Part shown: in pieces, positions 9,795 to 19,169 of the stretch | Numbering within the stretch: position 1 is the stretch's first letter | Layout: every line of letters begins with the position of its first letter | From: Candidatus Poriferisocius sp. | Lineage (GTDB): Bacteria > Actinomycetota > Acidimicrobiia > Acidimicrobiales > Bin134 | DNA: 64,000 nt | NCBI RefSeq assembly: GCF_965208475.1 | Contig: NZ_OZ242338.1 | Location: 1,555,177-1,619,176, forward strand | Reading direction: 5' to 3' | Position numbers and translations under genes: made by a program | The notes under the pieces: generated by a model | Databases searched by the model: none | Told to the model about the DNA's origin: nothing | The model's input: only the letters and a program-made list of their open reading frames with translations

Positions 9795-11024
9795 TCATTC
9801 GGCGCCGACATCAAGGCCGGCGAAGCCGTCGGACCGCACCACGGTGATGAGCCAGAACAAGGCCAGCAGGCCTCCGAAGAGCAGCAGCACGAACCGCATC
9901 GACACCAGGTCGCCCAATAACCCGCCGATCAGCGAGCCGATGGGCAGACCGGCCAATACCGACATCAGCCATACCGACATCACACGACCCCGATACTCCT
10001 CGTCCACCTGCACTTGCAGGGCGCTGTTCATCGTCACCCCGTGGGCCATGTGGGCCGCCCCGAACACGAAATAGCCCAATAGCCCGAACACCACCCAGGG
10101 AGTGGCCCCCACCAGCAGCACCCCCAGGGCGTACACCCCCACCGCGGCCATCTCCACTCGGGAGCGGAGGTGGCGGTCGCCGTGTCGGGTCACATACAGG
10201 CCCGCCGCCAGCGATCCGCATCCGAACGTAGCCGTGAGCCAACCCAGCCCGCCGTCGCCCAGGGTGAATACGTCGTCGGCCACGCTGGCCACCAGGGCAA
10301 AGGCGAATACCGCTCCGATGCCGGCCACGACGAACGACGTGGACACCGCCAGCCTCATCTCCGGGCGGCGCCAGATGTATTCCATGCCGTGACGGAACTG
10401 CAACCAGAACGGCTCCTGCTCAACCGGCGCCGCCACGCGAAGCCTCATCGGGGCCATCAGCAAGAGGCTGGCCGCAAAGCCGACGATGGTCACCGCAAAC
10501 GCCGGACCCGGCCCCCAATACAGCAGTGTGAGCCCGGCCAGGCCTGGGCCGAGTGCCCGCCCGGCGGTGAATGACAGTGACACGAACCGAACCGCCGACA
10601 GCAAGTCCTCCGGCGGCACCAGCAGCGCGGTCATCGCCTGGGTGGGGGCCCACTGGAACCCCGACGCCATCCCCACCACCACCTGGATCCCGATCATCAG
10701 CCACGGGGTCAGCTGGTCGGAGGCGAACAGAACCAAGAACGCGGCCGAGCAGGCCAACTGGGTCAGGAACGACCCGAACAAGATGGCCTTGCGGCTGATC
10801 CGGTCGCTCCAGATGCCCGCTACCGGGGTCATGATCAGCGACGGGACCAGCACCGCGAAAGCCGAGCCCCCCACCCAGAAATTCGAGTCGGTCAGCTCGT
10901 TCATGTAGAAGGGCACGGCCAGCGACTGCATGAACTGACCCGTGGTGGCGATAGACACCCCGATGAAGAAAAGCCGGAACGATCTATGCGACAGAGCGCG
11001 AAACGCGGGACGCTGGGCGGGCAC
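9795..11024 (-). CDS. MFS transporter
   Basis: About 12 TM segments, GIWSDRISRK motif-A-like loop, YRGRVMS. Confidence 0.88.
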   Translation of the reverse strand: MPAQRPAFRALSHRSFRLFFIGVSIATTGQFMQSLAVPFYMNELTDSNFWVGGSAFAVLVPSLIMTPVAGIWSDRISRKAILFGSFLTQLACSAAFLVLFASDQLTPWLMIGIQVVVGMASGFQWAPTQAMTALLVPPEDLLSAVRFVSLSFTAGRALGPGLAGLTLLYWGPGPAFAVTIVGFAASLLLMAPMRLRVAAPVEQEPFWLQFRHGMEYIWRRPEMRLAVSTSFVVAGIGAVFAFALVASVADDVFTLGDGGLGWLTATFGCGSLAAGLYVTRHGDRHLRSRVEMAAVGVYALGVLLVGATPWVVFGLLGYFVFGAAHMAHGVTMNSALQVQVDEEYRGRVMSVWLMSVLAGLPIGSLIGGLLGDLVSMRFVLLLFGGLLALFWLITVVRSDGFAGLDVGAE

Positions 11025-11071
11025 GATCAGCCGACAGTACTTGCCCCGATGACAAATCTGGTCGCGGAGCG

Positions 11072-11896
11072 ATGGTGTGCGAACATCAGCCGGTGCCCCA
11101 GCATGAACTCCAGCCTGAGCTGATCCGCAATCGACACGGCAGCGGTGCGTTCCGCCGGCGGCTGCGCATGGTCGCCCCCGATCTCAACACCGTGGTGGTC
11201 GGCCTCGAAGACGACATGCACCACTATGAGGCGGCCCTCACCCACGATGGGGCCAGGATCACCGGAGTGGCCGCCGCCGGCCCTCGGATGCCTTGGGAGC
11301 CGTGCTCGGGGGCGCTCGACCAGCTCCAAGCCCTGGTGGGCTGCCCGCTCACCGAAGCCGCCTCCGAGGTTTTCGCCTGGACCGAGGTCCGCCAGCAATG
11401 CACCCACCTCTACGATGCGGCCGTGCTCGGGGTGCTCCACGCCGCCCGGGGCAAGCTAGGCACTCGCCAGTACGACGCCACGGTGCCCGACTGGGACCAG
11501 CCCCCCTTCGCTGCCTGGATCGTCCAGGACGGAAGAGAGGTGCTCCGCTGGCAGATGGCCGAAACCCTCAAGATCGCGTCACCCGAGCCGTTCGCCGGCC
11601 GAGCCCTCAAAGGCGGCTTCGTCCGCTGGTGCGAGCAAATGTTCGACGCCGACGGCGCCGAAGCCGCATGGGTGCTCCAGCGCACTACCTGGCTGTCCGG
11701 GGCCCGGCGCAGCGAACTGGAGGACTGCGACGACGCCATTGAATCGGGTCTGGTGGCCAACGTGTGCTGGACTTCCCAACCCGAGCGCTACCAAGTCGCT
11801 TTCCGGCGTCGAGGTACCTTGCGCGACCACGGCCCCAGTCCCGACGGAATGCTGGCAGACATGCCCGCGCGCTGGCCCCAACTCCGCGCTACCTGA
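11072..11896 (+). CDS. DUF2889-like protein
   Basis: LEDDMHH, PWEPC, QCTHLYD conserved Cys/His pattern; start uncertain. Confidence 0.6.
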   Translation: MVCEHQPVPQHELQPELIRNRHGSGAFRRRLRMVAPDLNTVVVGLEDDMHHYEAALTHDGARITGVAAAGPRMPWEPCSGALDQLQALVGCPLTEAASEVFAWTEVRQQCTHLYDAAVLGVLHAARGKLGTRQYDATVPDWDQPPFAAWIVQDGREVLRWQMAETLKIASPEPFAGRALKGGFVRWCEQMFDADGAEAAWVLQRTTWLSGARRSELEDCDDAIESGLVANVCWTSQPERYQVAFRRRGTLRDHGPSPDGMLADMPARWPQLRAT

Positions 11897-11991
11897 GAGA
11901 CTCAGCGACATGGCGATGAGCAGAGCCCACCAGCCCCCAGGCCAGCTGCTGCCACACCCGGGAGACTCAGCAACATGGCGATGAGCAGAGC
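11897..11991 (+). repeat. 30-bp direct repeat duplicating the moxR start region
   Basis: GAGACTCAGCRACATGGCGATGAGCAGAGC at 11897-11926 and 11962-11991, one mismatch. Confidence 0.85.
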
Positions 11992-12934
11992 AGAGGAGAA
12001 TCTGTTCGCCGAGCAGTTCCAATCCATCACAGCCAACATCGGCCAGGCCATCTTGGGGAAGCCCAGTGTGCTGGAGCTGGCCGTGACCTGCCTGCTCGCC
12101 GAGGGGCACCTGCTCATCGAGGATGCCCCCGGCGTCGGCAAGACCAGCCTGGCCAAGGCCCTGGCCATTACCGTCCAGGCCGAATTCGGCCGAATTCAAT
12201 TCACCCCCGACCTGCTCCCCTCCGATGTGGTGGGCGCCACAATCTGGAATCGAGCGGCCAACACGCTGGACTTCCAGCCTGGGCCGGTGTTCTCCGGCAT
12301 CGTGGTGGCCGATGAGATCAATCGAGCCTCTCCGAAAACCCAATCGGCGCTATTGGAGGCCATGGCGGAGCGCCAGGTAACCGTGGACGGCACCACCCAC
12401 GGCCTCCCTCGGCCGTTCATGGTGATCGCCACCCAGAATCCGCTGGAGCATGAGGGCACCTATCCGCTGCCCGAGAGCCAACTCGACAGATTCTTGATGC
12501 GAATCCAGGTGGGCTACCCCTCGAAACAGGCCGAGCTGGACATCCTCGACGCCCACGGCGCCGACAGCCCGCTTGATGCCCTTCGCCCCATGGTGGACTC
12601 CCGAGCAGTCAGCGAGTTGGCCGACCAGGCCAACGCGGTTTTCACCGCACCGGGCGTCAAGCGCTATCTGGTGCAGATCGCCAATTCGACCAGGGAGCAC
12701 CCCAGCCTGATTTTGGGGATGTCCCCCCGGGCCACCCTTGGGCTGCAACGGGCCAGCCGAGTGCGGGCGGCGTCGCAGGGGCGCGATTACGTGCTCCCCG
12801 ACGACGTGAAGCAACTGGCCGTGCCCGTTTTGGCCCACCGGCTGCTATTGAACCCGCAGGCCCGAGCCCAGGGCACACCGCCCGCTCAGATCGTGGACGA
12901 CATCATGAGCTCAGTTCCGGCCCCCGTCGACTAG
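11975..12934 (+). CDS. MoxR family AAA+ ATPase
   Basis: EDAPGVGKT, RIQFTPDLLPSD, DEINRASPKTQSALLEAM, ATQNP, LPESQLDRF. Confidence 0.95.
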   Translation: MAMSRAEENLFAEQFQSITANIGQAILGKPSVLELAVTCLLAEGHLLIEDAPGVGKTSLAKALAITVQAEFGRIQFTPDLLPSDVVGATIWNRAANTLDFQPGPVFSGIVVADEINRASPKTQSALLEAMAERQVTVDGTTHGLPRPFMVIATQNPLEHEGTYPLPESQLDRFLMRIQVGYPSKQAELDILDAHGADSPLDALRPMVDSRAVSELADQANAVFTAPGVKRYLVQIANSTREHPSLILGMSPRATLGLQRASRVRAASQGRDYVLPDDVKQLAVPVLAHRLLLNPQARAQGTPPAQIVDDIMSSVPAPVD

Positions 12935-12947
12935 GGCCCCGCCGAAC

Positions 12948-14216
12948 GTGCTCACCCCAACGGGCTGGCTGCTGCTGATCGCCTCCGCTCTGCTGGGGGC
13001 GGCAGGCCGTTTGCTCGGCATCAACGAGTTGCTGGCCGTGGGCGTGGCCGGCACCGCGGTGGCAATCCTCTCGCTGGCCTACGTCAGAGTCCGCCAACCG
13101 CTGCGGGTGACCGCGCGTTCGCTCGAACCACAGCAGGTGCATGTCGGCCACGACTGCCAAGTGCGCATTGAACTGGCCAACCCCAGCCGCCTGCGCAGCC
13201 CGGTACTGCGGCTTGCCGACAGCCAGACTTTCTCCACCGAGGCCTCTTCCGACCTTGTCTGGTCGCCCGATATGATGGCGGCGCCGATTCCGGGCCGAGA
13301 CGGGCTGACGGTTGCCTACCGGCTGCCCACCGCGAAGCGGGGACGGCTGAAAACCGGCCCCCTCGCCCTGACACTGGCCGATCCGCTTGGTATCTCAACT
13401 CGGCGCTTCGAGGCCGGCGAGCCTGTCGAGGCCCTGGTCTACCCCGCCGTACTCCCCATCAGCCCCCCTCCTCGCCTGCCGGGAAACACATTCGACGCAG
13501 TACGGCGCAGCCCCATGGCCCAAAGCGGCGATGAGCTGTACGGACTGCGGCCCTTCCAGAAGGGCGACGACCCGCGGCGCATCCACTGGCGTTCGTCGGC
13601 CCACCACGACGAGCTGATCGTCCGCCAGTTCGAAGAGTTCTCCCACACCCACACCACCGTTCTTCTAGACACCCGGGCTGCTGTGAGGGATTCCCAGTCG
13701 CGTTTCGTAGATGGAGAGCGATTCGAGGCCATGGTGTCGGCCGCCGCCAGCATCTGTCGGGCCAGCCAGCGCCGGGGAGATCAGATCCGGCTGGTGACCG
13801 CAGCCGATTTCGACAGCGGTTACGGGTCGGACTCCGCCCACCTGCACAAGATCTTCGGACACCTGGCATTGGTCAATCCCGATCAGGGCAGCCTGTTCGG
13901 GGCCATCGACTGGCTAAGCCGAGGGCAAGGCGGCGGACTGGTGGTATTGGTTGCGGCGGCGGTGGACGGAACCGAGCCGGGGTCGCTTATATCGCTGGAC
14001 TCGCACTTCAACTCCAAGACGGTGGTGCTGTTCGCCAACGGAGGGTCAGCCCAATCGGGGCCACTGCCCAACGCGTTCATACCGGGCACGACCTTGGTGC
14101 TGGTTGACCAGCCATCGGCTTTCGCCGACGCGTGGGCCGCGCCGACGGACTCGGGCGAGCACCCCTCGGCCAAGCCCAGTGCGACCCCCTCGCCCATCGC
14201 CGATAACCGGCCATGA
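12948..14216 (+). CDS. DUF58 domain protein
   Basis: N-terminal TM, LRPFQKGDDPRRIHWRSSA; MoxR operon context. Confidence 0.9.
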   Translation: MLTPTGWLLLIASALLGAAGRLLGINELLAVGVAGTAVAILSLAYVRVRQPLRVTARSLEPQQVHVGHDCQVRIELANPSRLRSPVLRLADSQTFSTEASSDLVWSPDMMAAPIPGRDGLTVAYRLPTAKRGRLKTGPLALTLADPLGISTRRFEAGEPVEALVYPAVLPISPPPRLPGNTFDAVRRSPMAQSGDELYGLRPFQKGDDPRRIHWRSSAHHDELIVRQFEEFSHTHTTVLLDTRAAVRDSQSRFVDGERFEAMVSAAASICRASQRRGDQIRLVTAADFDSGYGSDSAHLHKIFGHLALVNPDQGSLFGAIDWLSRGQGGGLVVLVAAAVDGTEPGSLISLDSHFNSKTVVLFANGGSAQSGPLPNAFIPGTTLVLVDQPSAFADAWAAPTDSGEHPSAKPSATPSPIADNRP

Positions 14217-16642
14217 TCCCCTCTCGAGGATCCAACCGCAGACAATCGGCCGGGTGGGAAGCCGGGCTGGAAATCGCCGGGCCGACATTGACCGCGGCCA
14301 CCGCCTTCAGCCTTGTCCGCACCTTCGAGGGCAGCGCTTGGATACTGCCCGTGGCCATCGCTGCTGCGGTCAGCCATCTGCTGGCGCTGGCCGTTCGCCG
14401 CATCGGCTGGGGAATGCTGATCTCGACTCTGGCCACCGGCGTGGGATTGGTCGCGACGGTCACCTGGACCCTCTACTGGGACACCGCGTTCTGGGGTTTG
14501 CCCACCGGAGGCACCCGGACTGCGCTGGCCGATGATTTGGAGGAGGCCTGGACCGCATTCGGCGACCTCAGCCCTCCCGTAGAGCCGTTGGACGGTTTCA
14601 TCGTGAGCGCTATGGCCGCGGTTTGGCTGGTTGCCTTTGTCAACGATTGGACCGCAATGCGGACGCGGACCGTTTTCGAGCCCATGGTTCTGCCGATTCT
14701 TGCCTTCGGTTTCGTGGGGCTGGTGGGCGGCGATCAGCATCGGATTCTCACCATCGGGGTGTTCACTGCGGCCCTGCTGGCGTTCGCCTCGGTCCACCGG
14801 GTGGCCGCGCGCGCCGGGGATGCCGTTTGGCTGGGAGGCGACGGGCGGGCGTCAACCGGACGCCGGGCGCTGTTGGCCGGCAGTGCGGCTATTGCCGCCG
14901 TCGCTCTGGCAGCAGCGATAGCCGCCGGACCGGTTCTGGGCAGCGACGAAGACCCGATCATCGACCTCGCCGAGGCCGTGGAGCGGGACAGGAGGAGCTC
15001 GGGGAGGGTGGTGATCAGCCCTCTGGTGGACATCAGGGGCCGTTTGGTGAGCCAATCCGAGACGGTGATGTTCCGAGTGAAGTCACAAGAGCGGTCATAT
15101 TGGCGCCTCACCTCGCTGGACCGGTTCGACGGGCAGGTGTGGACATCCCGAGCCGACTACGCGGCCCGGCCCACGCAGCTCCCGTCGCTTTTTCAGTCGG
15201 GCTCCAGCGTGCAGGAATCGGTCCAGGAGTTCAGCATCGAACAGCTAGGCGCCGTGTGGCTGCCCGCCGCGTTCGAACCCCGGTCGCTAGTGGTGGGCAC
15301 TGACGGCACAAGCAATGGAAAAACAAGCAGCAGTGACATCAGCAACGGCGATATCAGCAGCAGTGACATCAGCAGCAGCGACATCAGCAACAGCGATATC
15401 AGCTATGAGCCCTCGTCTTCCACGCTCATCGTGGGCCGCTCGCTGGCCACCTCCAACGGACTCACCTACACCGTCTCGTCGGCGCTGCCCCGATTCGACC
15501 CCGAGGTGCTCAAATCCATCCCCCTTGACGCAGCCGGAAACTCAGCCGGAAACGCGGCCGAATATATCTCCGCATACACCGCGCTGCCGTCCGGCTTCAG
15601 CCCCCAGGTGAAGGCTCTGGCCGAACGGCTGACCGCGGGGGCCGAGTCAGGCTACGAGCAGGCTCTGGCCCTGCAAGATTTCTTCCGCAACGGGGGCTTC
15701 GTCTACGACGCCAATGCGGCTTCCGGCCACTCCGCCAACCGGATCGAAGAGTTCTTGGACACCCGGAGGGGATACTGCGAGCAGTTCGCCGGGACATTTG
15801 CCGCCATGGCCCGGTCGCTGGGACTGCCGGCCAGGGTGGCGGTGGGCTTCACCGTGGGCGAGGCCGACTTGGACGACCCCAATCACTATGTGGTGCGGGG
15901 AAAGCATGCCCACGCTTGGCCCGAAGTCCATCTGTTTGGTGTCGGCTGGGTGGCCTTCGAGCCCACCCCGGGCCGAGGAGCTCCCGGCGCTCAGAACTAC
16001 ACCGGTTTGGCCGAGAACCAGGCGATCAGCGGATCCGAAGTGGCGCTGCCTGAGGAGGATTCAGCTACCGACCAGGCCGACTCCCTCAACCCTCCGACCG
16101 ACTTCGAGAGTCTTATCCCCCCCGAGTTGGACGATCTAGGAGGCACACTGCCACCGGCCGGCAGCGGCCGGGGCGGGTTGACCTGGAGGACTTGGATCGC
16201 CATCTCCGCCTCTCTTCTGGTGGTCTTGACGATCTTGCTCATTCCCTGGTTCAAGCAAATCCGAAATCAGCGGAGATTCCTAAGAGTCCAGGGCAACCGG
16301 GGGAAGATCAGGTTGCTTTGGGATGAGACGGTTGAGTCGCTGGCCCAAATCAGCATGGTCCCCCGGCTCGACGAGACATACGCCGAGTTCGCCCGTCGGG
16401 CCATTGAGCAAATCCCGCTCCACAGCCCCGACCTGCGGCAACTGGGCGAGCTGACCGCGGCCGCGACCTTCGCTCCGACAGAGCCCTCCGATCGCAATCA
16501 GTGGCTGGCCCGGACTTGGTCGCTGTCGGTGCGGGCCGAGGTCAACTTCAGGGTGAGCCGCCGGCAGAAGCTGATGGCCGCTTACAGTCCTCGCCCTTTG
16601 TTCGGCTCAAGGTTCAGCTCAAGGCACCGGGATTGGCGCTGA
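14213..16642 (+). CDS. Membrane transglutaminase-like protein (DUF3488/TgpA type)
   Basis: Multi-TM N-terminus, YWRLTSLDRFDG, GYCEQFA (catalytic Cys), HAWPEV, FEPTP. Confidence 0.9.
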   Translation: MIPSRGSNRRQSAGWEAGLEIAGPTLTAATAFSLVRTFEGSAWILPVAIAAAVSHLLALAVRRIGWGMLISTLATGVGLVATVTWTLYWDTAFWGLPTGGTRTALADDLEEAWTAFGDLSPPVEPLDGFIVSAMAAVWLVAFVNDWTAMRTRTVFEPMVLPILAFGFVGLVGGDQHRILTIGVFTAALLAFASVHRVAARAGDAVWLGGDGRASTGRRALLAGSAAIAAVALAAAIAAGPVLGSDEDPIIDLAEAVERDRRSSGRVVISPLVDIRGRLVSQSETVMFRVKSQERSYWRLTSLDRFDGQVWTSRADYAARPTQLPSLFQSGSSVQESVQEFSIEQLGAVWLPAAFEPRSLVVGTDGTSNGKTSSSDISNGDISSSDISSSDISNSDISYEPSSSTLIVGRSLATSNGLTYTVSSALPRFDPEVLKSIPLDAAGNSAGNAAEYISAYTALPSGFSPQVKALAERLTAGAESGYEQALALQDFFRNGGFVYDANAASGHSANRIEEFLDTRRGYCEQFAGTFAAMARSLGLPARVAVGFTVGEADLDDPNHYVVRGKHAHAWPEVHLFGVGWVAFEPTPGRGAPGAQNYTGLAENQAISGSEVALPEEDSATDQADSLNPPTDFESLIPPELDDLGGTLPPAGSGRGGLTWRTWIAISASLLVVLTILLIPWFKQIRNQRRFLRVQGNRGKIRLLWDETVESLAQISMVPRLDETYAEFARRAIEQIPLHSPDLRQLGELTAAATFAPTEPSDRNQWLARTWSLSVRAEVNFRVSRRQKLMAAYSPRPLFGSRFSSRHRDWR
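15326..15400 (+). repeat. In-frame 15-bp tandem repeat x5 (SxxDI)
   Basis: AGCARCRGYGAYATC units at 15326, 15341, 15356, 15371, 15386. Confidence 0.9.
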
Positions 16643-16714
16643 CAAATGCCCTGATTCAGCGGGAACCCCTGGCTTGCCTGATTCAGACTTGCCTGATTCA
16701 CCAGCGAGTTCGGG

Positions 16715-17110
16715 TTAGTCGCGGCCGGTTTGCTCGGCGCCGCCGCGGCGCAAACGGTTGAGGATGCGGCTGCCCGGCGACCGCAGGTAGCTGCTCACGT
16801 CGCCCCGGCTGATGCTGTCGCTGATCTGCTGGAGCCCGAACCGTCCGAGCTGCCGCAGATTGCTCCAGCCCCAAAGCGACGCGGCCAGCATGACCAAGAA
16901 CCCCAGGAACGACAGCCAAAACGATGTGGACAGTGTCAGGATCATGTACACCAGCCCGGCGATGAAGGCCAGTATGGCCAACCTAAGATTGCGGGCCGGG
17001 TGGGTGAACACCGTGGTCCGGCCGACCTCGCGGGCCAGCGCCGGATCGGTTTCATAAAGCTGCTCCTCTATTTCGCTGAGGATGCGTTGCTCGTCCTCGG
17101 ATAGTGGCAC
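16715..17110 (-). CDS. DUF3040 domain membrane protein
   Basis: MPLSEDEQRILSEIEEQLYETDP N-terminus followed by two TM helices. Confidence 0.88.
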   Translation of the reverse strand: MPLSEDEQRILSEIEEQLYETDPALAREVGRTTVFTHPARNLRLAILAFIAGLVYMILTLSTSFWLSFLGFLVMLAASLWGWSNLRQLGRFGLQQISDSISRGDVSSYLRSPGSRILNRLRRGGAEQTGRD

Positions 17111-17205
17111 CTGTTTAGTGTCTCACAGGCCGACCCATCAGACAATGCCTAAGGCTCAGACTGTGACTGAGGTTCAGCAGGGCCTAGCTGAGCCGGCATG
17201 TCCGC

Positions 17206-18468
17206 TCAGTTCGGCCGGAGCCAGCCCGTTGTTCCGGGGCCAGCCGCCTTTGTTCCGCCCGGGCCGATGGCTTCTCCCCCGAAACGGTCCCTGATGCGGT
17301 CGATGGCCCGGTCGACGTCGTGCCACAAGGGGGTGCCCACATCGTCTAGGGAGAGCTGGCGATGGTCGGGATCCTCCAATTCGGACACCCCTACCCCGAT
17401 GAGGCGCACGCCCGGCGCCACATCCACCGCCTTCAGCAATTGCTTGGCTTCTCGAGCCAGAACCACCCCAGAATCGACTGCGCTGGCCAAGGTGCGCGAC
17501 CTGGTGATGGTGCGAAAATCATTGAAGCGGATTTTGACCGTAATCGTCCTGCCCGCCATTCCCGCGGCCCGCAGCCGGGAGGCCACCGAATCGCTGAGCG
17601 CCACCAACTCAGCCCCGAGTTCCTCTTGGGAGTGCAGGTCGCGGGCGAAAGTCTCCTCGCGGCTCATCGACTTGGGCGCCGTATCCGGCACCACCGGACG
17701 GGGATCCAACGCGTTGGCCAGGCTGTGCAGATGGCGGGCGTGGGCCTTGCCGACAACCTGCTCCAGCCTCTCCAGGGGGAACTCGGCCAACTCCCCTATG
17801 GTGGCTACCCCGATGCGGTTTAGGTGGGCCAGTGTGACTGGACCCACCCCCCAGATGTCGGTGACCGGGCGGGGAGCCAAGAATGCTCGCTCCTCGCCGG
17901 CGGGAACTTCGAACACCCCTACCCCGGGCGACGGCCCCTCCGGCGTGGGGGTGGGCTTGGCCAGCTTCGACCCAAGCTTGGCCAAGAACTTGACCGCGGC
18001 CACCCCTACCGCGCAGTTGATGCCCTCATCAGCGAGCACCCTCCTTCGGATGAGATGGCCGATTTCCACCGGGTGGCGATGGGCGCCGGACACGTCCAAG
18101 AATGCCTCATCCACCGACAACGGCTCCACCAGCGGGGTGAATGACCGCAGGATTTCCATAATGCGCCCGCTCACCTCCTGATACAGCTCATGGTCGCCGG
18201 GCAAGAACACGATTTCAGGGCACCGCCGCCGCGCCTGCCCCGAGGGCATGGCTGAGTGAACCCCATAGGCCCGGGCCTCGTAAGAAGCCGAAGCCACCAC
18301 ACCCCGGTTGCCAAGCCCACCTACCGCCAGCGGCAGGCCCCGAAGCTCGGGACGGCGAATCTGCTCCACCGACACGAAGAAGGCATCCATGTCTACGTGC
18401 AGGATGGTGCCCGACTGAGTCTGGATGCTGTCACTGCTGGACTTCTCCCTGGACTTCTCCATCGCCAT
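17206..18468 (-). CDS. dinB: DNA polymerase IV
   Basis: ILHVDMDAFFVSVE, ASYEARAYGV, SVDEAFLD, KFLAKL, VRLIGV. Confidence 0.95.
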   Translation of the reverse strand: MAMEKSREKSSSDSIQTQSGTILHVDMDAFFVSVEQIRRPELRGLPLAVGGLGNRGVVASASYEARAYGVHSAMPSGQARRRCPEIVFLPGDHELYQEVSGRIMEILRSFTPLVEPLSVDEAFLDVSGAHRHPVEIGHLIRRRVLADEGINCAVGVAAVKFLAKLGSKLAKPTPTPEGPSPGVGVFEVPAGEERAFLAPRPVTDIWGVGPVTLAHLNRIGVATIGELAEFPLERLEQVVGKAHARHLHSLANALDPRPVVPDTAPKSMSREETFARDLHSQEELGAELVALSDSVASRLRAAGMAGRTITVKIRFNDFRTITRSRTLASAVDSGVVLAREAKQLLKAVDVAPGVRLIGVGVSELEDPDHRQLSLDDVGTPLWHDVDRAIDRIRDRFGGEAIGPGGTKAAGPGTTGWLRPN

Positions 18469-18481
18469 TGTTGGAGCCTCG

Positions 18482-19003
18482 CTACAGCCTTGTGACCGCG
18501 AGGCCGTCGATCTCGGTGCCGGTCACCTCGTAGCGGTAGCTCACCATCTGCTCGGGGCTCTGGCGGCACCACTCCAACAGAGGCTCCCGCACCCAGCGAG
18601 GGCTCTGGACCAAGCGGGCCTCACAATCATCGAGGTCAAAGAAATCAGCGTGCTCCACGATGCCGTCGGGATCTTCCAGCACGATCTCGCCTTTCCAGTC
18701 CACCGCTCGATGGACCTCCACCCGCAGCCACCAGCCCAGGTCGGCGAAATCCACGGTGATCTCATATAGCGGCCCCTCCCACACGTGAACCTCGATGCCG
18801 GTCTCTTCAAGCACCTCCCGGTCCAGCGCCTCCAACAAGGTCTCTCCAGGATCGACTACCCCTCCGGGAGTGCTCCACTCAACCGAGTCGTTGCGTCGCC
18901 GGTTGCGCACAAGCAGCATCTGCTCCCCCTGAAGGACAACTCCCCCCGCTACCTGCCAATCCCGAACTCGCTTCGGCCTCAATTCCGGGAACCCCTCCGG
19001 CAT
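18482..19003 (-). CDS. NUDIX hydrolase
   Basis: Nudix box PGGVVDPGETLLEALDREVLEETG. Confidence 0.9.
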   Translation of the reverse strand: MPEGFPELRPKRVRDWQVAGGVVLQGEQMLLVRNRRRNDSVEWSTPGGVVDPGETLLEALDREVLEETGIEVHVWEGPLYEITVDFADLGWWLRVEVHRAVDWKGEIVLEDPDGIVEHADFFDLDDCEARLVQSPRWVREPLLEWCRQSPEQMVSYRYEVTGTEIDGLAVTRL

Positions 19004-19169
19004 CCCCCCAGTATGGCCCGATCCGGTGACAGCACGCCGCGAGCAATGCAGCCTGCCCAGCGCAGCATCAGTTCAACCGCAGGAGTCTGGCAATGAACTC
19101 GACCTTGAGCTTGGCGTTGGCTGCGAGATCAAGAACCGCAAGGTGGCACATCAACTCTGCAATCCTGCG

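Noticed and set aside
11975-18468. MoxR-DUF58-transglutaminase-DUF3040-dinB as a novel system
   Set aside because: A widely conserved actinobacterial neighbourhood.
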